DNA of 64,000 nt. Source: Candidatus Binataceae bacterium (GTDB lineage: Bacteria; Desulfobacterota; Binatia; Binatales; Binataceae). The stretch spans positions 286,367 to 350,366 of the forward strand of contig CAWBLQ010000004.1 of NCBI GenBank assembly GCA_963789715.1, in the 5' to 3' direction. Shown piece after piece: positions 26,827-34,160 of the stretch. The stretch's first letter is position 1, and each line of letters starts with the position of its first letter. The notes under the pieces are model-generated. The model saw nothing but the letters and a program-made list of their open reading frames with translations, was not told the DNA's origin and searched no databases. A program made the position numbers and the translations under genes.

Positions 26827-28061
26827 AGCGCGCGACTTTTTTGGACGACCGCACGGACGGCGCGGTCATAGGCGGCGACGAAATGCTCGAGGTCATGCAC
26901 CTTGACCCGCGCGCGTGCAGTGCGCCCGATTCGCTCGCGCAGCGCCGGGTCATCCGCCGCCAACAGAATTTTCCTCGTCAGGTCGGCGGCGTCGCCCATT
27001 CTAAACAGCAGCCCGGTTTCCCCGTCAGTAACCGCCTCGCGCGCGCCCGGGATATCGCTCGCGATCAGCAGCCGCCCGCAAGCCTGGGTTTCAAGATAGA
27101 CGAGGGCCACTCCCTCAGTCTCCGAAGGCATCACGACCGCGTCCGCAAGGTTTATGTAATCGGCAACCCTTTCATGATCGAGCCACCCGACGAAACGGAA
27201 GCGATCGAAAATGCCGAACCTGCGGCACTCGGCCTCCATCTGTGCACGGCAATCGCCGTCACCTACAACGACATAGGTTGCGCGCGGTTCGCGCCGGACA
27301 ACTTCGCGAGCCGACTCCACGATATCGGACGTGCGCTTGAGCCTCTTAAAGTTGGAAATATGGGCGATGATGAAGTGATCCGCGCGGAGCCCGAGACCCG
27401 TCATCAGATCTGCGTCCTTGGGCGCGGGGAAGAATCTTGAAAGGTCTACCGGATTGTCGATAGCCGTGGCGCGGGGCAATCCGAGTTCGCGCATCGGGCC
27501 TTCCATATGCCTGGCGACCGCCACTATCAGGTCGACTTTTCCGAACTGTTCGGCCAGGCGATCGCGATCCTCAGATGAAAACGAATGCGCCATCCCGAAC
27601 AAGCCGGTTCCTTGCACCAGGAGCATCGATGGAATGTTCCTACTTTTGGCGAGATCGGGCAGGTGCCAGGCGAAAGTTTCGCGACCGATGATCAAGAGGT
27701 CTGGACGCCGTTGCGAAATCGCGGCCGCAAAGGCTCCGGCAATCGCCGAAGTCTCGGCGCTTTGGTAATCCCGCGTCATCGGCTGGTCAGGAGAATTGTT
27801 GAAAAAAGGAACCAGGTACCGGCTGATCCTGATCTCCGGATGGCAGCCGGAGAATCTGTCGCCCGCGGCCAGAGTTTCGGATGTGATCGGCGCGATCGCT
27901 CGGATGCTATGGCCCGCGCGAGCCAATCCCACCAAGAGCTGGTAGCCGACGATGGCCGAGCCCCCGGCGTGTGGCGGTAGCGTGCCTATATATAGGATGT
28001 CCAGATGATCAGAGGTGTCGGAGACTGCGAAGCTCGATTTTCTCTTGGCCGGGATTTCCAT
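26823..28061 (-). CDS. Glycosyltransferase family 4
   Basis: HAGGSA, NPVD, KRTSDIV and PSETEGVALVYLETQACG. Start moved to the ATG at 28061 so that it does not overlap the extended upstream gene. Confidence 0.88.
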   Translation of the reverse strand: MEIPAKRKSSFAVSDTSDHLDILYIGTLPPHAGGSAIVGYQLLVGLARAGHSIRAIAPITSETLAAGDRFSGCHPEIRISRYLVPFFNNSPDQPMTRDYQSAETSAIAGAFAAAISQRRPDLLIIGRETFAWHLPDLAKSRNIPSMLLVQGTGLFGMAHSFSSEDRDRLAEQFGKVDLIVAVARHMEGPMRELGLPRATAIDNPVDLSRFFPAPKDADLMTGLGLRADHFIIAHISNFKRLKRTSDIVESAREVVRREPRATYVVVGDGDCRAQMEAECRRFGIFDRFRFVGWLDHERVADYINLADAVVMPSETEGVALVYLETQACGRLLIASDIPGAREAVTDGETGLLFRMGDAADLTRKILLAADDPALRERIGRTARARVKVHDLEHFVAAYDRAVRAVVQKSRAL

Positions 28062-28099
28062 TTCGAATTCCGATTCGGACTTGCGCGAACACCGGTCCC

Positions 28100-28748
28100 T
28101 TAGCGGCGGCGGAGGAGTCCGTTTCGCTGCATGCGCCATCGCAGCAGATCGAAGCGGTCCTGCCCGAAAAACGGCTCGCCGTTGAAGACCATCAGCGGGA
28201 CGCCCCAGTGCCCGGCCCGTTTCTGCGCGGATTCATTGTCAGCGATCGCGGCTTCATAACGCTCCGGCTCGCGTTCAATTTCCAGGTCGAGTTTCGCAAG
28301 CTCCAGCCCGGCACTGCGCCGCGCGGGCGAGATTGTCGCCGAGGTGCCAGTCTCTCACACCGCCGAAGATCACCGCGCTCACCTCCGCGAGCAGCGGCAG
28401 TCCCTTGCCCGCAGCGGCGGCGGCGATGCCTAACCTCGTCAGCCTATGGATATACGGTTGCTCTTTTGCCACCTCGCCAGTGCTCATGTCCATGACGATC
28501 GGATCGGGGCTGGGCCAGGCGAACGGCAGGCCCAGCATCTCCGCGATCCGCGAGCAATCGCGAAACAGGTAGGGCGGCCACATAGGATTCACCTGTTTGA
28601 AGAAACCTGGAATCCGAACCGCGATCGGATAAACCGGCCGAACGTTGGCCTTCACATCGTACTCGCGCTCGAATTCAATCAGGCGCGGTGTAACAAGATA
28701 CGAATACGGCGAGCGAAAGGACCAGAACAGATCGTACTCGAGTGTCAT
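28100..28748 (-). pseudogene. 2-hydroxychromene-2-carboxylate isomerase / DsbA (GST-kappa) family, frameshifted at about 28313
   Basis: The N-terminal part has FWSFRSPYSYL. After GCG GCG CAG T the homology continues one base out of frame as AGLELAKLDLEIEREPERYEAAIADNESAQKRAGHWGVPLMVFNGEPFFGQDRFDLLRWRMQRNGLLRRR, with TAA at 28102-28100. Confidence 0.82.
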
Positions 28749-28806
28749 CTATGCTTTGTCTGACGGATCTTTGCGCTTGTGGCTTCCCGGAAACGGGTCG
28801 GCGACC

Positions 28807-29691
28807 TCATTCATGGTTCGTTAGTTGTCCGCCTTCGCCGAGCCCGTACACCATCGCTGTCTTGGTGGCGCCGAGCTTGATCCATTCCGCGCAATCGAGC
28901 TGCACCTTGCGGTAGAACTTTTCCGAGAGCGCGAGCGCCTCCTCGCTCACCTCATCGATCCGATCGAACTTGCATTGAAAGGCGAACTCTCCTGATAGAG
29001 ATTTTTCCAGCGCCCGGCTGCGCCAAATCGCGATGGTGGTCTTACCCTTGAAGTGATGCCCGAAGTGGATCATGCCCATGGTATTCTGCACTTCCTCGAC
29101 GGCTACATTATTGACCAGCATCATTTTGGTCCGGGGCCGGATGTCGATCCGCTTGAGGGTCGGAAAAGCGCGAGCTATATCCTCGATGCCGCGCTCGACC
29201 TCGATGTTGGGCGACGTGAGCACGCATCCGTGAGAATAGACGCTGCGCATCCCGCCCAGGCGGTCGCGCTCGAGCAGCAACTCCTCTTTGAACTTTATCT
29301 GGTCGTGTCCTCCCAGTTGCGGACGCACGTCAACGGCTGCGGCGGCCCTAAGTTCAGGGGCGCGAAACTTGAAGGTCAGCTCGTGTTCAGCGCGCGGCCA
29401 TCCCTGGTCGTAGAAGGTGCGCTTTCGCAAAATGAAATGGTTGTTGTAGAGGTCAAACTGCGGGGTGTCATAGAAGAGCACTTCCCGAACCTGGCTGTCG
29501 AATGCGTGCTCGTCGACATCTACTCTAAGATCGAGTTTCTTGAGAGTCTTGGACGCGGTTTCCCAAAATTCAAGGAACCCGTGCTTACTTGTAAAGCGAT
29601 CGGGTTGCAGCAGAATTTTGTACTCGCGGTAATGAACCACATCGCTGGCGAGATGCTTGGTTTCGGGATGCTTGCTTATGTGCTTGTTCAT
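28807..29691 (-). CDS. Hypothetical protein, CYTH/VTC-like triphosphate tunnel fold suspected
   Basis: YREYK near the N-terminus, FYDTPQFDLYNNHFILRKR and ELTFKFR resemble the CYTH ExExK and YxDT..L..LRxR pattern. Confidence 0.5.
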   Translation of the reverse strand: MNKHISKHPETKHLASDVVHYREYKILLQPDRFTSKHGFLEFWETASKTLKKLDLRVDVDEHAFDSQVREVLFYDTPQFDLYNNHFILRKRTFYDQGWPRAEHELTFKFRAPELRAAAAVDVRPQLGGHDQIKFKEELLLERDRLGGMRSVYSHGCVLTSPNIEVERGIEDIARAFPTLKRIDIRPRTKMMLVNNVAVEEVQNTMGMIHFGHHFKGKTTIAIWRSRALEKSLSGEFAFQCKFDRIDEVSEEALALSEKFYRKVQLDCAEWIKLGATKTAMVYGLGEGGQLTNHE

Positions 29692-29831
29692 GCGTCAGTT
29701 GCCCCACATTGCGTTGAGTTTGGCAAAAACGACGCTCGCACGCCATCCATTCAGCAGCGAATGGCGCCGGCCGTGGTCCCGCGCGTCGAGATACCGCTTT
29801 GCAAAGTCGACGGAATGAAGCTGACGCTCCT

Positions 29832-31802
29832 TTATGCCGCCTGCCGGCGTCGAAGGACTCCTGACAGTCTCCGCGCGCCGTCTGGCGGGCGATGAGGCTC
29901 AGGCGCACGGCCGGCGGTCTCACGCCGAGGCAACAGCCGCGCCGAATTCATAATGAAGGTCAGCTCCGACGCAACGTGGATGAACGCCGCGAGCGGAGGA
30001 CTCAGCAATCCGATTGCGGCAAGTGCGATTCCGACCGAATCGACGGCGATCGTGCCGACGAAATTCTGGACAACAATCCTCCGGGTCCATCGCGCGATCG
30101 CCAAAGTCTCGCCAAACTTCTCGAGATCGTTGCCGAGCAGCAGCACGTCGGCACTCTCGCGAGCGACATCCGTGCCCGAACCCATCGCGACGCCAACGCT
30201 GGCTTCGGCCAACGCCGGCGCATCGTTGATCCCGTCGCCGACCATCGCGACCACGCGCCCGCTTGCCACCAGGCTCTTGATCCGCGCAAGCTTCATCTCG
30301 GGCAGCAGGCTGGCCTCGACCGCGCCGATACCGAGCGCCTCCGCAACGCTGCGCGCCACCGGTTCGGCGTCGCCGGTCAAAAGAACCGTGCTGATTCCCA
30401 TACGGTCGAATGTTTCGACCGCGTGCTTCGCCTCGGGCCGGATCGCATCGGCGACGACGATCGTGCCAAGGAACCGCCCTGTGCGCGCGACGAAGACTGC
30501 GGACGTCGTCTCGAGGTCCGCGGCGCTGGACACGTTCACGCCCCGCTCGGCCATCAGTGCGCGAGTTCCGACCACGATCGTCGCGCCATTCACAACAGCG
30601 GTGATACCCCGTCCGGGCTGGTAGTCGAACCGATCAGGCTCCTGAACGATTCGACCCTCCGCCAGCGCGTGCGTGACAATCGCTTTGCCCAAAGGATGCT
30701 CAGAGCGTACTTCTGCGGACGCGGCCGCATCGATCACCTCCGTCACCGACGCGCCGTCGGCCGGAATCACCCTGGTGACCTCGGGTCGGCCAAAGGTGAG
30801 CGTGCCGGTCTTATCGAGCACAACCGTGTCCACCCGGCCCAGCGTCTCGAGATAGAGACCACCCTTGATGATCGCGCCCAGGCGCGCGCAGCGACCGATG
30901 CCGCCAAGAATCGCCAGCGGAGTTCCAGCCGCGATTCCGCAAGCGCCGGCTACGATAATGACCGCGATGGTCGAGCGCGTGTCGCGCGTGATCGCGAACG
31001 TCAGTACGGCAGCCGTCAATGCGAAGTACACCAGGTAACCGGCCAACCGATCGGCGAGGCGTTGCACCGGGGCCTGCGAGCGTTGCGCGTGCTCGACCGC
31101 CTCGATGATTTTCCCGTAGCTGGTGTCGCGCCCAATTCGATCCGCGCGTATTTCCAGCGCGCCCGATTGGTTGATCGTGCCGGCGTAGGCGATCGATCCT
31201 GGAAGCTTCTCGGCCGCCATCCATTCACCGCTGATTCGAGATTCATCGACGAATGAATGGCCGCCGATCACCACGCCATCCACGGGCACCTGTGCGCCCG
31301 GGTTGACGAGCACTGAATCGCCAACTCTCAGCTCGTCGGCCGAAATCTCGCGTCCTCCATCGGCGCGGCGCACGGTCACGGTGCGCGGAATGAAATCCAG
31401 CAAATCACGGATCGCGCGTCGGCCGCGGGAAACCGTCATTCCCTCCAGCACCTCGGCCACCAGCACGAACAGCGTGATGATGAGCGCGGTGAAGTACTCG
31501 GAGATCGCGGCGGCGGCGACGATCGCGATTGCCATCGACAATTCCATCGTCATCCGGCGCGCGGCCACATGCTCGAACGCCTCTTTGAAGATTGGCCAGC
31601 CTCCGACCAAGACGCCCGCAATGCCGATGACGCTGACGCCCGGCAACGGCTCCCAGACGTGAAGCCGCACGGCGACGGCTGCCAGCGCAACCGCGACAAT
31701 TCGAACCACTTCGATCCGCCGGAAACTCGACGCGCCCTCGTGCTCGTCAGTCCCGATGGAGTCAGCTTGCTCTGCGCGTTCGCTCGGTTCCATTCGCGAC
31801 AC
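29832..31802 (-). CDS. Heavy-metal-translocating P1B-type ATPase with non-canonical intramembrane ACG motif
   Basis: DKTGTLT phosphorylation site, SEHP, MLTGD-like LLTGD and MVGDGINDAPAL. SGE replaces TGE, IIVAGACG replaces CPC, and there is no N-terminal metal-binding domain. Confidence 0.92.
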   Translation of the reverse strand: MSRMEPSERAEQADSIGTDEHEGASSFRRIEVVRIVAVALAAVAVRLHVWEPLPGVSVIGIAGVLVGGWPIFKEAFEHVAARRMTMELSMAIAIVAAAAISEYFTALIITLFVLVAEVLEGMTVSRGRRAIRDLLDFIPRTVTVRRADGGREISADELRVGDSVLVNPGAQVPVDGVVIGGHSFVDESRISGEWMAAEKLPGSIAYAGTINQSGALEIRADRIGRDTSYGKIIEAVEHAQRSQAPVQRLADRLAGYLVYFALTAAVLTFAITRDTRSTIAVIIVAGACGIAAGTPLAILGGIGRCARLGAIIKGGLYLETLGRVDTVVLDKTGTLTFGRPEVTRVIPADGASVTEVIDAAASAEVRSEHPLGKAIVTHALAEGRIVQEPDRFDYQPGRGITAVVNGATIVVGTRALMAERGVNVSSAADLETTSAVFVARTGRFLGTIVVADAIRPEAKHAVETFDRMGISTVLLTGDAEPVARSVAEALGIGAVEASLLPEMKLARIKSLVASGRVVAMVGDGINDAPALAEASVGVAMGSGTDVARESADVLLLGNDLEKFGETLAIARWTRRIVVQNFVGTIAVDSVGIALAAIGLLSPPLAAFIHVASELTFIMNSARLLPRRETAGRAPEPHRPPDGARRLSGVLRRRQAA

Positions 31803-31803
31803 C

Positions 31804-32082
31804 CTATTTCAGGTAGGCCTGCACGACGTCGATCAATTCCTGGGCGCCCTGGGCGCGGCTCCGATCGCGGTCGTGGTTGGGATCGACGACGTGGGTTCGG
31901 ATGTGCCCCTCGATAATCTCAGCCATCAGGCTGTTCATCGCGCCGCGCGCCGCGACCACCAGATGCAACACGCTGGCGCATCCCTTCTCGTCTTCCAACG
32001 CCCGCTCGACTGCTTCGATTTGACCCCGGACGCGCCGCACGCGGTGGAGCAGCCTGACTTTTTCCTGAATCGTATGACTCAT
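31804..32082 (-). CDS. rcnR: CsoR/RcnR family metal-sensing repressor, RcnR-type
   Basis: RVRRVRGQIEAVERAL. His3, Cys35, His60 and His64 match the E. coli RcnR Ni/Co ligand numbering exactly. Confidence 0.85.
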   Translation of the reverse strand: MSHTIQEKVRLLHRVRRVRGQIEAVERALEDEKGCASVLHLVVAARGAMNSLMAEIIEGHIRTHVVDPNHDRDRSRAQGAQELIDVVQAYLK

Positions 32083-32101
32083 TGATGAGACCTCAACTGA
32101 C

Positions 32102-32119
32102 TATACCGTAGGGGGTATA
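32102..32119. promoter_or_regulatory. Probable CsoR/RcnR operator
   Basis: TATACC-GTAGGG-GGTATA is an inverted repeat around a G-tract, 20 bp upstream of the repressor start. It overlaps a -10-like TATTAT on the minus strand. This matches the AT-flanked G/C-tract architecture of family operators. Confidence 0.75.
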
Positions 32120-32161
32120 ATATAGACCGGCCGCGGCCCGGATTGCCAGATCGCTTAAACG

Positions 32162-32554
32162 TCAGCTTTCAGCGATTACGTGGGCTATGGCCTGGGCGGC
32201 GGTGTGCGTGATGCTGAGGTGAAAGCGCGTGATCTGTTTGCGCTGCGCGAAGGCGGCGGCCTTGCCCGATAGGGCGATGGTCGGCGCTTTGCCGCGCTCG
32301 CGCACGACTTCTATCTCGCTCCATCCGACGTTGCGGTTCCATCCGGTGCCAAGCGCCTTCATCGTCGCTTCCTTGGCGGCGAAGCGAGCGGCGTAGCTCT
32401 GGTAGCGGGGACGGCCGCGCGACTCACAGTACTTGACCTCGCCCGAAGTGAAAACGCGGGCGCGAAAACGCTCGCCGGTGGCGGGCCGCGTGAGAGCGCG
32501 CTCGATGCGTTCGACCTCGATGACGTCGAGCCCGGTGCCTGCGATTTGACTCAT
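32162..32554 (-). CDS. acpS: Holo-[acyl-carrier-protein] synthase
   Basis: GTGLDVIEVERI, AARFAAKEATMKALGTG and LSITH. Confidence 0.95.
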   Translation of the reverse strand: MSQIAGTGLDVIEVERIERALTRPATGERFRARVFTSGEVKYCESRGRPRYQSYAARFAAKEATMKALGTGWNRNVGWSEIEVVRERGKAPTIALSGKAAAFAQRKQITRFHLSITHTAAQAIAHVIAES

Positions 32555-32686
32555 CGCGAATGAGTATCAGCCGCGCCGCGGGCGGATTCAATTGCGGGCG
32601 CGCGCAGCGCACGGTGTCGGAACATCCAAATGCTTGCGGCGCGCCGAGTGCCGATTCTATTGTTCATCTACGACCTGGAGGCAGCA

Positions 32687-32917
32687 ATGGCGAAGCTTTC
32701 GATCACAGTAAACAAGATCCGTTGCATCGGCAGCGGCGACTGCGTCGAAACGGCGCCCGCCGTGTTTCAACTCGACGCGGAGGGCAAGTCCGAAGTCGTC
32801 AATGCGGCGGGCGCCGGCGACTCGATAATCATCTCGGCGGCGCGTTCGTGTCCGGTCAAGGCGATCACGGTGGTGGACGAAGCCGGCGTGCAACTCTTCC
32901 CGCCGCCGAAAAAGTAG
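32687..32917 (+). CDS. Single-cluster ferredoxin, probably [3Fe-4S]
   Basis: CIGSGDC...AP..F...AARSCPVKAI. RBS GGAGG precedes the ATG at 32687. Confidence 0.88.
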   Translation: MAKLSITVNKIRCIGSGDCVETAPAVFQLDAEGKSEVVNAAGAGDSIIISAARSCPVKAITVVDEAGVQLFPPPKK

Positions 32918-32932
32918 CGACCGGATCGCGGC

Positions 32933-33424
32933 ATGGCGATACGCAAGCATCGCGCAGGCGAACTGGTAATCGAGCAGACGCGCGACCTCGCGCTGGTCCG
33001 CGAGATGCTCACGCGGGCCGGCACGATGACGGACGGAATCCAATGGCCGGCCGCTTGCTATCTCGTTGCGTACCTCGGCGATGAGGCGGCCGGAGTGATT
33101 GGCGTCGAGTCGAAGATCGATGCGGCGCTGATACGCTCGCTGTATGTGAATGAATCGATGCGCCGGCGCGGAATCGGCGGCGCGTTGGTTGCGGCGGCGC
33201 GCAAGGCCGCGCACACGCGCGGCGCGCGACATCTGTACTTGTTCAGCACTGAAGCCGGCGGTTTCTTCAAGCGGCACGGTTTCACGACGGTCGCGGTTGC
33301 GGAAGTGATCGCGGCGATCCCGGGCGTGCCGCAGGTCGACTATTATCGCGCGCGGCCCGACGAGCTTGCGCGCGAGGTCGCGTATCATCTGGATATTTCT
33401 GGCGACGGAGTGATCGAGAGATAG
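32933..33424 (+). CDS. GNAT family N-acetyltransferase (ArgA-like)
   Basis: LIRSLYVNESMRRRGIGGALV (acetyl-CoA motif A) and LYLFSTEAGGFFKRHGF. Confidence 0.85.
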   Translation: MAIRKHRAGELVIEQTRDLALVREMLTRAGTMTDGIQWPAACYLVAYLGDEAAGVIGVESKIDAALIRSLYVNESMRRRGIGGALVAAARKAAHTRGARHLYLFSTEAGGFFKRHGFTTVAVAEVIAAIPGVPQVDYYRARPDELAREVAYHLDISGDGVIER

Positions 33425-33445
33425 CAGAGCAGCGATACGACCCGA

Positions 33446-34156
33446 TCAGGTTGGAAGGTAGCGAGCGATGTATCCGCCGAGCGCGGTGGTCACCAGCACG
33501 TACGGATGCGAGGTCAAGAGTTTCGCGGCCAGGCGCGGGGTCATGTCGGGGCGAATTGTTTGCGGAGCGGGATTCATCGCGGCTAGTGCGCGCGGCGCGG
33601 AGCCGGATTGTTCGAACGAGCCAAGCAGGACTCCGCCCGGAGTGAGCACGACGGCGCGCGGGGTTGGCGAACCGGGCGAGGCCGGCGGGACCGGGTCTTC
33701 GGGGGCGAGGCGGGCGAGGTCGTCGCGCGTGAACTCGGAGACGCGCACGCGGTCCGAATAGCGAATCCAGAATGCACGCAGGCCGGGCGCCAGGTTGTTA
33801 ACGAAATAGCGAAGCGCGCGGACCCGCTCTGAGAGTGGTGCGGGAGGATCGGTCGGCAATCCGCGGACGATCCAATCGGCCTTGCCGCGAAAGTAATGAC
33901 GGACTTCGGTGAACCCCAGTAGCTCGAGCTGCGCCGCAGCCCGCGCACTGAGGTCTCACAAGGAATCGCGGCAATAGACGACGACTGGACGTTCGCGGTC
34001 GAGCGACGCGGGCGCGTCGCGCAGGATGCGGCCGAGCGGAACGTGAAGAGCATCGCGGATGTGGGCGGCGTTGTACTCGTGAGCCGGAAGGACGTCGACG
34101 ATTTGCGCGCCGAGCGCGCGCAACTTTGCAAGCTCTCGATGCTGAATCTCGCGCAC
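33446..34156 (-). CDS. Predicted selenoprotein: rhodanese domain with C-x4-U loop plus degenerate CBS-like C-terminal domain, 236 aa, Sec67
   Basis: GTG start 4 nt after the upstream stop. IVDVLPAHEYNAAHIRDALHVPL...VVVYCRDSL[TGA]DLSARAAAQLELLGFTEVRHYFRGKADW stays in frame to TGA at 33448-33446. The rhodanese fold needs the sequence after the TGA. A SECIS-like hairpin follows the TGA directly. Confidence 0.8.
33911..33955 (-). promoter_or_regulatory. Candidate bacterial SECIS element
   Basis: Immediately 3' of the UGA: GACCUCAGU pairs with ACUGGGGUU, and GGGCUGC pairs with GCAGCUC, closing a 3-nt GGC apical loop that begins 20 nt after the UGA. Confidence 0.72.
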
Positions 34157-34160
34157 CCGA

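Noticed and set aside
10891-28320. Programmed ribosomal frameshifting at the two broken genes (about 10897 and about 28313)
   Set aside because: No slippery heptamer or homopolymer at either site, and these families are not known to use recoding. Mutation or assembly error is more likely.
33446-33859. Stand-alone 137-aa hypothetical protein starting at TTG, with a separate truncated rhodanese upstream
   Set aside because: No RBS, the start falls just after the end of the rhodanese fold, and the two pieces are better explained as one UGA-recoded gene.
33956-33958. Genome-wide TGA reassignment (genetic code 4 or 25) as the explanation of the in-frame TGA
   Set aside because: Many genes here clearly end in TGA, including ATGA and GTGA overlaps (fdsG, fdsA, fdhD, aminotransferase), so TGA is a normal stop.
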